Positions 8,414 to 19,374 of a DNA stretch of 57,957 bases are shown piece by piece; positions within the stretch are counted from its first letter, which is position 1; the number at the start of each line of letters is the position of its first letter. The stretch is from positions 1 to 57,957 of the forward strand of contig JALWUQ010000048.1 of the NCBI GenBank assembly GCA_026993075.1. Direction: 5' to 3'. The notes beneath the pieces are model-generated. The model had not been told where the DNA came from. It searched no databases and saw only the letters and a program-made list of their open reading frames with translations. Position numbers and translations under genes: made by a program. Source of the stretch: Campylobacteraceae bacterium (lineage in GTDB: Bacteria > Campylobacterota > Campylobacteria > Campylobacterales > JALSKU01).

Positions 8414-10219
8414 ATGTATAATCTTTCTATGATGATAGATAAGATTAAAAATTTACCACAAAATGCCGGAGTTTACCAATATTTTGATAAAGATGGAAAA
8501 CTTTTATATGTAGGGAAGGCTAAAAATCTAAGAAATAGAATAAAAAGTTATTTTAGCCTTACTCCTTCTTTATCACCCTCTCCAAGACTGGGTTTGAGAA
8601 TTCATAAAATGATAACTGAAACCAAATCTCTTGATTATATCATTGTTAATAATGAACATGATGCATTGATACTTGAAAATTCTCTTATAAAACAGTTAAA
8701 ACCAAAATACAATATACTACTTAGAGATGATAAGACATATCCTTATATTTTTATAGATTTAAAGGAAGATTTTCCTAGATTTGAAATAACAAGAAAAGTA
8801 CAAAAAGGAACCCATATAAAATACTTTGGTCCTTTTACCACAGCTTCAAGAGAGATATTAAATGCCCTTTACGAACTCTATCCTCTTGTTCAAAAAAAAG
8901 GATGCCTTAAAGGAAAAAAAGCTTGTTTATTCTATCAGATACAAAGATGTCCTGCACCTTGTGAAGAAAAAATAAGCAAACAAGATTATCATCTTATTGT
9001 ATCAAATGCATTAGAAAGCTTAAAAAACAAAAACCATCTTTTAATGCTATTAAATGATAAAATGATATTTTATTCAGAAAAAAAACTCTATGAAGAAGCC
9101 GCAAAAGTAAGAGATAGTATAAAAAAAATAAAACTAAGCACCATAATCTCTCAAATTGATTTAAAAAATAGTGCTAATTATGATATATTTACTGTTTTTA
9201 TAAAAGATAAAAGAGCAGTTCTTATCAAAATGTTTGTAAGATTAGGAAAAATAGTCTCAATAACTCATAATATTTTTAAAGATGATAATGGTTTTAGCAA
9301 AGATGAGATATACAAAAGATCTTTATTGGATTTTTACAAAGATGACAAACCATTGATTGCAAAAGAGATTATTGTAGGTGACGAGTTTGATCAAAAGGCA
9401 CTTATAGAAGAATTTATACAGGAAAAAACAAAAAATAATATCATTATATCCACACCCAAAAAAGGTGCAAAAAAAGAATTGATAAAAATCGCATTAAATA
9501 ATGCCAAAGAGATACTAAATGACAGGCGCATTTATGAGAAAGATGTAATATTGCAAAAATTAAAATCTATATTAAATCTTAAAAAAACTCCAAATACCAT
9601 AGAAGCCTATGATAATTCACACATTCAAGGGTCAAACCCTGTTGGCTCATGCATATTTTATGAAAATGATTTTCAAAAAGACAGATACCGACATTACAAC
9701 TTAACATCTACTGACGAATATGCACAAATGAAAGAATTACTTACTAAAAGATGTGAAAGTTTTGAAAAAAATCCAGCCCCTGATCTTTGGGTTATAGACG
9801 GTGGAAAAACATTATTGAGCCTTGCTTGTGATATATCTGAAAGCTTTGGGGTCGATCTTGACATAATAGCCATTTCAAAAGAGAAAAAAGGAAAAAGAAC
9901 AGTTAGAAGCAAAGGAAAAGCAAGTGATAAAATATATACCAAAACGGGACTTATTCCCTTAAAAGAGGATAACAAAGTTTTACAATTTGTCCAAAGACTA
10001 AGAGATGAAGCTCACAGGTTTGCCATCTCATTTCACAGAAAACAAAAACTAAAACAAGATAAACAAATCGAACTGTTAAATAAAAAAGGTATCGGAATAG
10101 GCAAAGTTAAAAAATTATTAACATATTTTGGAACTTTTGAAAATATCTATAACGCTTCAAAAGAGGAACTAACAAAAGTTTTAAATGAAAAAGATGCAAC
10201 TATCATCAAACTATCTTAG
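8414..10219 (+). CDS. uvrC: Excinuclease ABC subunit C
   Basis: 601 aa. It has an N-terminal GIY-YIG domain (GVYQYFD...LLYVGKAKNLRNR), a UvrBC motif, an endonuclease V-like domain and a C-terminal (HhH)2. The start could be 8429/8432. Confidence 0.93.
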   Translation: MYNLSMMIDKIKNLPQNAGVYQYFDKDGKLLYVGKAKNLRNRIKSYFSLTPSLSPSPRLGLRIHKMITETKSLDYIIVNNEHDALILENSLIKQLKPKYNILLRDDKTYPYIFIDLKEDFPRFEITRKVQKGTHIKYFGPFTTASREILNALYELYPLVQKKGCLKGKKACLFYQIQRCPAPCEEKISKQDYHLIVSNALESLKNKNHLLMLLNDKMIFYSEKKLYEEAAKVRDSIKKIKLSTIISQIDLKNSANYDIFTVFIKDKRAVLIKMFVRLGKIVSITHNIFKDDNGFSKDEIYKRSLLDFYKDDKPLIAKEIIVGDEFDQKALIEEFIQEKTKNNIIISTPKKGAKKELIKIALNNAKEILNDRRIYEKDVILQKLKSILNLKKTPNTIEAYDNSHIQGSNPVGSCIFYENDFQKDRYRHYNLTSTDEYAQMKELLTKRCESFEKNPAPDLWVIDGGKTLLSLACDISESFGVDLDIIAISKEKKGKRTVRSKGKASDKIYTKTGLIPLKEDNKVLQFVQRLRDEAHRFAISFHRKQKLKQDKQIELLNKKGIGIGKVKKLLTYFGTFENIYNASKEELTKVLNEKDATIIKLS

Positions 10220-10814
10220 ATAATTTAGTATAAATAGATAAAATTTCTTCTTTTTTAGATATAAAACTATTTTTATTTGCTATTAGATGAGCAGATGAAC
10301 TCATTATAGTTTCTACCACCTTTAAGCCGTTTTGCTTCATCGTAGTTCCGGTTTCTACTATATCAACTATGGCATCGCACATTCCTACTATCGGAGCCAA
10401 TTCTATAGAACCATAAAGTTTTATAATCTCAGCAGCTATTGCTTTTGATGAAAAATGTTTTCTTGCTATATTTTCCATCTTTGTTGCTACTTTTATACTT
10501 GGTTTGTTTGTATCTAAATCATCTTCATTTCTCATACCAACACAAACTCTACATTTGCCGATATTTAAATCCAGTAAATCAACCAAATCCAACTCTTTTT
10601 CAACCAAAACATCGAGTCCAACTACACCCAAATCTGCTGCTTGATGCAAGACATAAACAGGCACATCTTGATTTCTTACCAATAAAAAGGTAAATTCCTT
10701 ATCTCTTAAAATCAATTTTCTATCATCAAAAACAAACTTTTTATTAAATATTCTCTCAAAAAGAGATAAAGTCTCTTCTGCAATTCTTCCTTTTGGTAAT
10801 GCAATAGTCAACAT
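10206..10814 (-). CDS. hisG: ATP phosphoribosyltransferase, short (HisZ-dependent) form
   Basis: 202 aa. MLTIALPKGRI... and the DIVETGTTMKQNGL PRPP-binding loop are present. Confidence 0.9.
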   Translation of the reverse strand: MLTIALPKGRIAEETLSLFERIFNKKFVFDDRKLILRDKEFTFLLVRNQDVPVYVLHQAADLGVVGLDVLVEKELDLVDLLDLNIGKCRVCVGMRNEDDLDTNKPSIKVATKMENIARKHFSSKAIAAEIIKLYGSIELAPIVGMCDAIVDIVETGTTMKQNGLKVVETIMSSSAHLIANKNSFISKKEEILSIYTKLSKIV

Positions 10815-10825
10815 TTTCTACCTTT

Positions 10826-11446
10826 TTATAAATTTTTTTCTTGGATAACCTTTAGCATTCCTTTAAATACCAAGCTGTCATCATATATAGAATCTTTAAA
10901 AAATTTGGCAAAGAATTTTCCATCTCCACCAGTAAAGTATATTTTTTTATCTCTTTTACTCTCTTGCAACATTAGCAATATCGGCTTTATCACACCATAA
11001 CTTAGAGCTTCTGCACTGTTTTGCGGTAAAAGTTCAAGATCTATATTTGGATTGAGTCTGATGTCTAATTTTGTAGAAATTTCTGAAAAACTTTTCTGCT
11101 GCGTAAAAAGTCCCGGCATTATATAGCCTCCAAGGTGTATCCCGTTTGTAACAATATCAACAGTTATGGCACTCCCTGCATCTACAATCATGCCGTTTTC
11201 TACTGCTTTACAAGCCGCCAATCTATCTATACCCAATCCTTCATATACAGTATCTAAATCAAAAAAAGATGATATATCCACAGCTTTATCACTTTTTAGC
11301 AGATAAGCGTCAAGCTTTTCATTAACATTAATATAGTAAAATTCTTCCTCTATTAAAGCAATATTTTTAAAATTTGCAATCTTTTTCCACACAATACCAT
11401 CTTGATAAAAATGTATATTCGTATTTCCTATATCACACAATATCAT
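10826..11446 (-). CDS. coaX: Type III pantothenate kinase
   Basis: MILCDIGNTNIHFY (the ASKHA phosphate-1 motif) and GIDRL are present. The ORF opens at 11461, but ATG 11446 gives the family-typical N-terminus. Confidence 0.85.
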   Translation of the reverse strand: MILCDIGNTNIHFYQDGIVWKKIANFKNIALIEEEFYYINVNEKLDAYLLKSDKAVDISSFFDLDTVYEGLGIDRLAACKAVENGMIVDAGSAITVDIVTNGIHLGGYIMPGLFTQQKSFSEISTKLDIRLNPNIDLELLPQNSAEALSYGVIKPILLMLQESKRDKKIYFTGGDGKFFAKFFKDSIYDDSLVFKGMLKVIQEKNL

Positions 11447-11762
11447 ATATTTTCCATCCATTTTCTATTAAATAACTTTTTGACTTTGAACATATAGCAG
11501 GTGCAAGCAATAATACTTTTTTTTTAATATTATGCTTTTGTGCCAATACTAAAGTATTAAACAATTCTTCCAAATCATTAGCATTTTTCATAACAAATCT
11601 ACTTTTTTGCTTAGGTCTAAAAATGGCAACAAAAAATGATTTTAAATTTACACCTTCATAAATATCTATCTTTTTTCTAGTCCCCAATATTTTATTGTCA
11701 ATCTTATTTAATTTCTTAAAAATATACCCAAGTTCTTGCAAAATCTCTACTGTATCTTTCAA
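11433..11762 (-). CDS. Hypothetical protein
   Basis: 109-aa ORF in an operon-like position. Its stop overlaps the coaX start. I recognise no motif. Confidence 0.5.
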   Translation of the reverse strand: MKDTVEILQELGYIFKKLNKIDNKILGTRKKIDIYEGVNLKSFFVAIFRPKQKSRFVMKNANDLEELFNTLVLAQKHNIKKKVLLLAPAICSKSKSYLIENGWKIYDIV

Positions 11763-11778
11763 ATAAAAAACCTTTTTA

Positions 11779-12606
11779 TCAAAAATATTTACCAGATAAT
11801 GGATGAAATCTCCTTACCGTCTGTTCTAAGTTTTTTTGTTGTATATGAGTATATATCTGAGTAGTTAAGATAGAAGAATGACCCAACAGCTCCTGTACTA
11901 CTCTTAGATCCGCTCCGCCTAAAACTAGTGATGTTGCAAAAGAGTGTCTTAAAATATGAGGTGAGACATTTAGATATTTTTTAGTTATTTTAAATGCTGT
12001 AATTCTACTCATTCTTACACCTTTGTAATTTATCCATAAATACTCTTGATTATAAACACTCTTATCCAAATACTCTTTTACAGCTTCAAGTGCTGCATGA
12101 GCAATCGGCACTATTCTTTGCTTATCACCTTTTGCATTTCTTATTTTCAACCATCCTCCTGCAATATCATCTCTTTTAACATCAATGGCTTCACTGACTC
12201 TCGCCCCGGTTGCATACAAAAACAGTATAAATGCATAATCTCTATAATCAATCCAACTTTTTTTTTCTATATTTTTTATGCTATTTATTATATCATCAAA
12301 CTCCAGCAAAAATGGCAATGTTTTTGGAGCAGACAACTGTTTCAAAGAAGGCGAATTATCTATAAAATCTTCTTTTACACAAAAATTAAAAAAAGAATTT
12401 ATAGCTGAGAGCTTCCTGTTTATCGTATTTCTATTGCTATATTTTTCCAAATATTCTAAAATATCATCTAAATCAGATTTGATCGCATCCTTTTGCAAAA
12501 ATTTTTCAAAATTACTCAAATCACTCTTGTAGGCTTCGATAGTTTTATTGGATAATCCCTTTACTATAGTTATATTTTCTATGTATGCTTCTAAAGCAGA
12601 TGACAT
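11779..12606 (-). CDS. Tyrosine site-specific recombinase, XerC/XerD family
   Basis: 275 aa. The catalytic pattern is ...ATGARVSE..., [28 protein letters not shown] (R-H-R-Y). No phage or IS genes flank it. Confidence 0.8.
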   Translation of the reverse strand: MSSALEAYIENITIVKGLSNKTIEAYKSDLSNFEKFLQKDAIKSDLDDILEYLEKYSNRNTINRKLSAINSFFNFCVKEDFIDNSPSLKQLSAPKTLPFLLEFDDIINSIKNIEKKSWIDYRDYAFILFLYATGARVSEAIDVKRDDIAGGWLKIRNAKGDKQRIVPIAHAALEAVKEYLDKSVYNQEYLWINYKGVRMSRITAFKITKKYLNVSPHILRHSFATSLVLGGADLRVVQELLGHSSILTTQIYTHIQQKNLEQTVRRFHPLSGKYF

Positions 12607-12614
12607 TAAGGTAT

Positions 12615-13625
12615 TTATTTCACCTTAGCTAATTTAAAATATTTATTATCATAGTAAAATGAACCTTTTGTTGCAAACATTAAATCTTCAATAGAATTAG
12701 GTAATTGGTATACATTGGTAGTGATTAAATCCTTATCAACAGCTATAAGATATCCATTTTTTACAATTGCATATATATATTTCCCATATATTGCGGCTGA
12801 AAAATTGGCAAATTTAAATTTCTTTTCTTTCATTTCTTTTAAGTTAGAAGTCGTAAGAATAATTCTTCCATCTTTTGTAAAAATAAAAATTCTCTGTCCT
12901 AAAAATATAATATCTTTAATACCAACATTCATAAAATCAACATGTTTTGGATCTATGGATATGACTCTATTTTGTGTTGCTGCTACAAGTCTGTTATCTA
13001 AGACATTCAAAAATATAACATTGTTAAAATATGACTTTGAACTTACTACAATATCCCTTAAAACTTTATCAGATACTTTATCAACTATTAAAAGTCTGCC
13101 ATCTAATGTAGGAAAAACAATCAATTTATCCAAAAAGTACGGATTTGCAATTCTTGCATCAAGTGCATATACATCATCAAGTTTTCTTTTAAATAAAATT
13201 TTATTTGTATCCATATCATAAACCATTATCTTATTGTTTGCAAAAACAATAGCTAAAATATTATTGTCTATACTAGCACTTGCAATCATACTGTTAAAAT
13301 TATGAGAAAAAAGTTTCTTTCCGTTTGAATCTTCAATATTGATAGTTCCAGTAGGAGAAGTTGATATAACTTTTTTTTGATTATATGCCAAAAATCTGTA
13401 ATTTTTCGGTATCTTTGCTTTTAAAAGACCACTTTTTCTTGTTATTACCTGAGAGTTAGCCAAAGTAGCTCCACTTCTTGTAACATCTACTATTTTAGCC
13501 GGTAAATTACCGCTGTAACTGATATCACCTACTACACTTTTTGGTTTATACAAAGATTTAGATGAGCATCCTGCAAAAAGAAAGATAACAGTGAAAACTG
13601 CAAAAATTTTAATTTTGTTTGACAT
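12615..13625 (-). CDS. Lipoprotein, BamB-like beta-propeller (PQQ-like repeats)
   Basis: Signal peptide with lipobox LFAGCSS. A repetitive beta-strand pattern follows. It lies directly downstream of a YfgM-like gene, as with E. coli yfgM-bamB. Confidence 0.5.
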   Translation of the reverse strand: MSNKIKIFAVFTVIFLFAGCSSKSLYKPKSVVGDISYSGNLPAKIVDVTRSGATLANSQVITRKSGLLKAKIPKNYRFLAYNQKKVISTSPTGTINIEDSNGKKLFSHNFNSMIASASIDNNILAIVFANNKIMVYDMDTNKILFKRKLDDVYALDARIANPYFLDKLIVFPTLDGRLLIVDKVSDKVLRDIVVSSKSYFNNVIFLNVLDNRLVAATQNRVISIDPKHVDFMNVGIKDIIFLGQRIFIFTKDGRIILTTSNLKEMKEKKFKFANFSAAIYGKYIYAIVKNGYLIAVDKDLITTNVYQLPNSIEDLMFATKGSFYYDNKYFKLAKVK

Positions 13626-13636
13626 ATTTAATTTCC

Positions 13637-14239
13637 TTATTTTTTAACAAAATGTTCTAAGTTTTTAGCTATATTTGCAAGAGGAGAGTCTACTTCTATC
13701 AAAGATAATTTAATCTTGGCTTGATTTGATTTATTATTTTTAAGTAACAAATATGCATCATCCAATAAAGCAAAATTCTTTAATAGTCCGTATTTAGAAT
13801 TATTAATATAAGATTGTATTGCATTTTGACTACCGCTTAATGATGCCAACTGATAACTTGAGAGATCTCTCAAATACCCATCATTAGAATTTTTTATAAT
13901 ATTTTTAAATATAGTTTTATTGTTATTCTTAGATGCAAGCTGAAATTTATAAGCATAGTACAATTTAATATCTTTATTTTTTAATACATTTTCTGCTTTA
14001 ATGTCATTTGGATTCTTTAAAAGTTTTAAGTATGCAATGTTAGCACTTTTTAAATTGCTTGTATGGATATAAACTTTTACCGAATAACCTACAAAAAACA
14101 CAATCAATATAACAGCCAAAGCTATCAATCTTTTTTTATATTTTTTATAAAACCTTTCAGCTCTAATTAAACCTTCCAAAAATTGTTCTTCTGTATTTAA
14201 CTCTTCTTTTACTGCATTTAGATTTTCTTTTATACTCAA
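13637..14239 (-). CDS. YfgM-like membrane-anchored TPR-like protein
   Basis: 200 aa. The N-terminus AERFYKKYKKRLIALAVILIV parallels E. coli YfgM VKRFFAENGKALAVGVILGV. One TM segment is followed by a helical domain. Confidence 0.5.
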   Translation of the reverse strand: MSIKENLNAVKEELNTEEQFLEGLIRAERFYKKYKKRLIALAVILIVFFVGYSVKVYIHTSNLKSANIAYLKLLKNPNDIKAENVLKNKDIKLYYAYKFQLASKNNNKTIFKNIIKNSNDGYLRDLSSYQLASLSGSQNAIQSYINNSKYGLLKNFALLDDAYLLLKNNKSNQAKIKLSLIEVDSPLANIAKNLEHFVKK

Positions 14240-14452
14240 GATAAAATCCTTATAAAAATTTTACAGCATATTACCATTTTTAAAATTAAACTCGGTTTAT
14301 ATCATATTTATCAAAAGAATTATAGTATTGCCGATTTAGGTATAGTTCTTGCTTTTTTAGTATTAAATTAATATAATTTTCGATATAATACTAAAATTTT
14401 ATTAGAATTGACTCATAAAGTCAAAGAATACAAAATATGCGGTAAAGGACAA

Positions 14453-14746
14453 ATGTTGAAAGTTGATATGCAAACACTGGAAAAACTTGAAAAACTATCA
14501 ATGGTAGAAATCAAAGATGAAGAAAAAAAGAATATGATTGAAAATCTAAGCGAAATAGTCAATTTTGTTGATAATTTAAATGAATTAGATTTAAAAAACA
14601 GTGATGCATCTTTTACAATGCTAAACGGAGGGACACCTTTTAGAGACGACAAACCTTCTGTAAATAGTGAAGTTATTGAAATCATACTACAAAATACTCC
14701 AAAAAAAGAAAGCGATTTTTTTGTAGTACCAAAAATTATTGAATAA
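14453..14746 (+). CDS. gatC: Asp/Glu-tRNA amidotransferase subunit C
   Basis: About 97 aa counted from ATG 14453 (preceded by AAAGGA). The pattern is LEKLEKLSMVEIKDEEKKNMIENLSEIVNFVDNL. The ORF opens at 14408. Confidence 0.8.
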   Translation: MLKVDMQTLEKLEKLSMVEIKDEEKKNMIENLSEIVNFVDNLNELDLKNSDASFTMLNGGTPFRDDKPSVNSEVIEIILQNTPKKESDFFVVPKIIE

Positions 14747-14755
14747 GGTAAAACT

Positions 14756-15832
14756 ATGGCAGGTATCGATATTAGGACACTTTTAAAAACTATCAGTGAA
14801 TATAAGGCATCTGATCTTCACTTGGTATCAAGAAGTGAACCGCAAATTAGAATTGATGGAAAATTGACACCACTTGATTTACCAAAATTAAACGGGCATG
14901 TTACAGAATCTATGTGTTACTCCTTGATAACCGATAGACAAAAAAAAGAATTAGAAGAAAACAAAGAACTTGATTTTGCTATTGAATTACCAAATATTGG
15001 AAGATTTAGAGTAAATTATTATTATACTATGAATGGCGAGATAGCAGCAGCATTTAGAACTATACCCATGAGCATACCTTCCATAGATGAGTTAAAACTT
15101 CCTGTAATTTTTAAAGATATTATACAAAAAGAAAAAGGTCTTATTCTTGTCACAGGACCAACAGGAAGTGGCAAATCAACAACACTTGCTGCTATGTTAA
15201 ATGAAATCAATCTTACTGAAGAAAAACACATCATAACCATAGAAGATCCAGTTGAATTTATACATGAAAATAAAAAGTCACTCTTTTCGCATAGAAATGT
15301 AGGTGTTGATACATACAGTTTTGCAAATGGGTTGAAATACTCCCTAAGAGAAGATCCAGATATTATACTAGTTGGTGAAATGAGAGATAGAGAAACTATA
15401 TCAACTGCTATTACCGCAGCTGAGACAGGACACTTGGTATTTGGCACATTACACACAAACTCTGCAGTCCAAACAGTCAATAGGATAGTAGACAGTTTTG
15501 AAGGTGGTGAACAAATTCAAGTAAGAAATATGCTTTCTTCATCAATTACAGCTATTATATCTCAAAGTTTACTACCAAAAATAGGAACCGGAAGAATAGC
15601 TATACAAGAAATCCTTCTGGCAAATTCAGCAATATCAAATCTAATAAGAGAGAATAAAATACATCAAATATACTCCCAAATGCAGTTAAACCAAATGAAA
15701 ACAGGAATGAGAACACAAACTCAATCAATGATAGAAGCAATTAAAGGCAATTTTATAGATAAACAAACAGCTATCAGGTTTTCAACCCAGCCTCAGGAGT
15801 TGGCAAACCTTATAGGTGTTTCATATCAATAA
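14756..15832 (+). CDS. pilT: Type IV pilus retraction ATPase PilT
   Basis: Walker A GPTGSGKST, Asp/His boxes and the PilT signature AISNLIRENKIHQI are present. Confidence 0.85.
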   Translation: MAGIDIRTLLKTISEYKASDLHLVSRSEPQIRIDGKLTPLDLPKLNGHVTESMCYSLITDRQKKELEENKELDFAIELPNIGRFRVNYYYTMNGEIAAAFRTIPMSIPSIDELKLPVIFKDIIQKEKGLILVTGPTGSGKSTTLAAMLNEINLTEEKHIITIEDPVEFIHENKKSLFSHRNVGVDTYSFANGLKYSLREDPDIILVGEMRDRETISTAITAAETGHLVFGTLHTNSAVQTVNRIVDSFEGGEQIQVRNMLSSSITAIISQSLLPKIGTGRIAIQEILLANSAISNLIRENKIHQIYSQMQLNQMKTGMRTQTQSMIEAIKGNFIDKQTAIRFSTQPQELANLIGVSYQ

Positions 15833-15876
15833 AAATAAATATAATTTAAGATACAATATCTTTAAAAGGGTAAAAA

Positions 15877-16824
15877 GTGAAAAATAAAGAACTTAACAAT
15901 TATATAAATGAAGTTGGGAAAAACGCATTTGAGAGATTAAAACAGTTAAATATACCTCCATATCCCAAATATTATCAAGACTCTTTTAAAGATTTTTTAG
16001 GTAGTGGTAAAAATAAAGAAGTTTCTGCATTACTTAAAAAAAATATTTACCTGATAGATTCTATAGACAATAATCAGGATACTCGCATGATTGACGGCTG
16101 TTATGATATCGCGAAAGAATCTATAAAAGAGTTTAGTAAAACGAATGAGAATATAAAACAAATATCAAAAAAAAGCTCTATTGATCTTAATAAAATAACT
16201 AAAAACATTGATGATTTAGACAATACAACACTAATAAACAGTTTCAATAATTTTCATAGCAACTTACTTAAAACACTAAAAGATGCCGACAAAACAATCA
16301 TAAAGCTTCAAGAAGAGATTTTACAGTTAGAGAAAGAATCAAATATCGACCCTCTAACTAAATTATATAACAAAAGAGCCCTTTTAAAAGATATTGAAAA
16401 TATTTTAAACTATGGAAAAGAAAAAAGCTTAAACCTTTCATTGATTATTTTTGATTTGGATGATTTTAAACTCGTTAATGATACTTATGGACATATAGCA
16501 GGAGATAAAACTCTTATTTATGTTGGAAAAGTCCTTAAAAACGCTCTCAGAAGTGAGGTAAAAACATATAGATTTGGAGGGGAAGAGTTTGTAATACTTC
16601 TAAATAGAATAGAAACAAGCGAAGCAAAAAATATTGCTGAGAGGATTTTGAAAACTATCGAAGAAAGTAAACTTATATACAAAAATAATACAATACAAAT
16701 CACAATCAGCGGGGGTATTACCGCCCATATTGCAAATGATTCGCCAGACAGCATCATAGAAAGAGCCGACAAAGCTCTATACAAGGCGAAGAGATTGGGC
16801 AAAAACAGGATCGAGATACTTTAA
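15877..16824 (+). CDS. Diguanylate cyclase (GGDEF domain)
   Basis: C-terminal GGDEF domain with an intact RFGGEEF. The I-site position reads RSEV rather than RxxD. The N-terminal ~150 aa is an unassigned coiled-coil-like region. The start codon is GTG. Confidence 0.85.
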   Translation: MKNKELNNYINEVGKNAFERLKQLNIPPYPKYYQDSFKDFLGSGKNKEVSALLKKNIYLIDSIDNNQDTRMIDGCYDIAKESIKEFSKTNENIKQISKKSSIDLNKITKNIDDLDNTTLINSFNNFHSNLLKTLKDADKTIIKLQEEILQLEKESNIDPLTKLYNKRALLKDIENILNYGKEKSLNLSLIIFDLDDFKLVNDTYGHIAGDKTLIYVGKVLKNALRSEVKTYRFGGEEFVILLNRIETSEAKNIAERILKTIEESKLIYKNNTIQITISGGITAHIANDSPDSIIERADKALYKAKRLGKNRIEIL

Positions 16825-17387
16825 TGAATACAGTTTTTATTTTTGATTTGGCAGTTGGAGTATTACTTGTTATTTTTGGTATAAAAGGTTTGTTCAATGG
16901 ATTTATCAAGGAAGTTTTTGGGCTTATTGGTATAATAGGTGGCATTTTTATAGCTTCAAGATTTGCAAGCCAAGCCGGTGCTTTGATAGATGAAAAAATA
17001 TACCATATAGACAACAGGGCTTCTGTTTATTTTATTGGTTTTTTAGTAATTCTTTTACTATTTTGGATGGCTTCTTTGCTTATAGGTTTGATATTTACGA
17101 AATTGATAAGTTTAAGCGGATTGGGATTGCTCAACAGAATATTTGGTTTTTTAGTTGGTTCACTTAAAATATTTTTACTTTTTTCCATAGTTATATTTGC
17201 TTTAAGAAGTATAGACATATTTAAAAGCAATATAGACAAAAAACTTGATGGCTCCTTTATTTATCCATATCTTATAAAAAGCGGAGATTATATAGTCAAA
17301 CTTAATTTTAATAATACAAATAAAATGCTAAAAGATATTCAAAAAAAGATAGTTACAGAATCAAATAATACCAAAATGAATAAGTAG
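16824..17387 (+). CDS. cvpA: CvpA family membrane protein
   Basis: 187 aa with 4 hydrophobic segments. It sits upstream of fur, as in Campylobacter jejuni (recollection). Confidence 0.7.
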   Translation: MNTVFIFDLAVGVLLVIFGIKGLFNGFIKEVFGLIGIIGGIFIASRFASQAGALIDEKIYHIDNRASVYFIGFLVILLLFWMASLLIGLIFTKLISLSGLGLLNRIFGFLVGSLKIFLLFSIVIFALRSIDIFKSNIDKKLDGSFIYPYLIKSGDYIVKLNFNNTNKMLKDIQKKIVTESNNTKMNK

Positions 17388-17392
17388 GATAT

Positions 17393-17872
17393 ATGGTAAG
17401 TTACACTTATGATGAATTGATACTTTATTTTAAAGAAGTATTAAAAGATAAAAATTTAAAATATACTCTTCAAAGAGAAGTAGTTTTGAAAATTTTATAT
17501 GAAAACGATAAACATTTCACGCCTGAAGAATTACATATGTATATTAAAAAAGAATTTCCCAATCTAAATATAGGAATTGCTACGATATATAGAACTTTAA
17601 ATTTACTGGAAGAGTCAAACATAATAACATCCATTTCTTTTGGGCAATCTGGTAAAAAATATGAAATTGCAATAAAACCCCATCATGACCATCTAATATG
17701 CGATGTTTGCGGTACTATCATAGAATTTGAGGATAACAAGATAGAAAAAAGACAAATTGAAATTGCTAAAAGATATGGTTTTTTTATTAAAAGCCATATT
17801 TTACAACTTCACGGAATATGCAAAGAGTGTCAAACAAAATTAAAAAATACAAAAAATAAGGAAAATAATTGA
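17393..17872 (+). CDS. fur: Ferric uptake regulator family protein
   Basis: Winged-helix N-terminus. Metal sites [11 protein letters not shown] ... CKEC are present. The fur-lysS-glyA arrangement has overlapping stop/start codons, as described for C. jejuni. Confidence 0.8.
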   Translation: MVSYTYDELILYFKEVLKDKNLKYTLQREVVLKILYENDKHFTPEELHMYIKKEFPNLNIGIATIYRTLNLLEESNIITSISFGQSGKKYEIAIKPHHDHLICDVCGTIIEFEDNKIEKRQIEIAKRYGFFIKSHILQLHGICKECQTKLKNTKNKENN

Positions 17873-19374
17873 ATCTAAATGATTATGAGTTGCAAAGAGC
17901 TCAAAAAGCCAAAGAATTAAGAGAAATGGGGATAAATCCATATCCTCACAATATAAACAAAGAACTTTCTACAAAAGAATTTATAGAAAAATTTAATTAT
18001 ATAAGTGAACTGGAAAATAAAAGAGATGAAAACAATACAGCATGTGTAGCAGGAAGAATTAAATTCTTAAGATTAATGGGTAAAGCAGCATTTCTTAAAA
18101 TAGAAGATGATGATGGAATATTACAAATATATATAGGCAGAGATGCTTTAGGTGCTGACTGGTTTAAAAGTATTAAAAAATATGTTGATATAGGCGATAT
18201 CATAGAAGTTTGCGGATTTGCTTTTATCACTAAAACCGGTGAACTTACTTTACATGCTATCAAATTGAAAATAGCTGCGAAATCCATAACTCCTTTACCT
18301 GAAAAATTCCATGGATTAAGTGATAAAGAGTTACGATATAGACAGAGATATCTTGACATGATAATGGATAGTAATGTTAAAAATGTATTTAAAACAAGAA
18401 GTAAAATTATAAGTACCATAAGATCTTTTTTTGAGAATAAAAAGTTCTTAGAGGTTGAAACTCCTATGATGCACCCCATCGCCGGCGGAGCAAATGCAAA
18501 ACCTTTTGTCACCTATCATAACTCTCTTGGCATAGAAAGATTTCTTAGGATTGCACCTGAGCTGTATCTAAAAAGACTTGTTGTTGGTGGATTCGAGTCG
18601 GTTTTTGAAATAAATAGAAATTTTAGAAATGAAGGAATGGATCTAACCCATAATCCTGAATTTACAATGATAGAGTTTTATTGGGCATATCATACTTATA
18701 AAGATTTGATGTTGCTTACAGAAGAATTATTTTTAAAACTTTTAGAAGTATTAAATCTCCCTGTAAAATTTACTTATGGAGATAGCGAGATAGACTTTAG
18801 TGCACCGTTTGCCAAAATAAGTTATGATGAATCAATAATAAATATCGGCAATGTTCCAAAAGATATCATCAATGATAAAAGTAAAATCATAGAATTTTGT
18901 AAAAAAAATAATATTTCCATAAATGAAAAAGGTGATTTAGGACACCTTAAAGCTGAATTGTTTGATAATTTTGTAGAAGAAAAATTGATAAATCCAACTT
19001 TTATTATTGATTTTCCAATACAAATAAGTCCACTCTCAAGAAGAAGTGACAGCAATCCGGATATTGCCGAAAGGTTTGAGCTGTTTTGTGCAGGAAAAGA
19101 GATTGCCAATGGTTTTAATGAATTAAATGATCCTATTGATCAATTTGAAAGATTCAAGTCTCAAATTGATGCCAAAAATGCCGGAGATGACGAAGCACAT
19201 GAAATGGATGAAGATTACATAAAAGCATTATGTTATGCTATGCCTCCTACTGCTGGTGAAGGTATCGGAATAGACAGATTGACCATGCTTTTAACCAATC
19301 AGCACTCTATCAGGGATGTTATCTTGTTTCCTGCTATGAGGCCTCTTGAAAATAAAAATAAGGAAAAGAAATGA
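17869..19374 (+). CDS. lysS: Lysine--tRNA ligase (class II)
   Basis: 501 aa with an OB-fold N-domain and class II motifs (...FRNEGMD..., GEGIGIDRL). The TTG start overlaps the fur stop (TTGA). Confidence 0.95.
   Translation: MNLNDYELQRAQKAKELREMGINPYPHNINKELSTKEFIEKFNYISELENKRDENNTACVAGRIKFLRLMGKAAFLKIEDDDGILQIYIGRDALGADWFKSIKKYVDIGDIIEVCGFAFITKTGELTLHAIKLKIAAKSITPLPEKFHGLSDKELRYRQRYLDMIMDSNVKNVFKTRSKIISTIRSFFENKKFLEVETPMMHPIAGGANAKPFVTYHNSLGIERFLRIAPELYLKRLVVGGFESVFEINRNFRNEGMDLTHNPEFTMIEFYWAYHTYKDLMLLTEELFLKLLEVLNLPVKFTYGDSEIDFSAPFAKISYDESIINIGNVPKDIINDKSKIIEFCKKNNISINEKGDLGHLKAELFDNFVEEKLINPTFIIDFPIQISPLSRRSDSNPDIAERFELFCAGKEIANGFNELNDPIDQFERFKSQIDAKNAGDDEAHEMDEDYIKALCYAMPPTAGEGIGIDRLTMLLTNQHSIRDVILFPAMRPLENKNKEKK

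Noticed and set aside
11779-12606. The tyrosine recombinase as the integrase of a mobile element or genomic island.
   Set aside because: It is flanked by housekeeping genes on the same strand with tight spacing. There are no phage/IS genes, no direct repeats and no tRNA target nearby. It fits a chromosomal Xer-type dimer-resolution recombinase.
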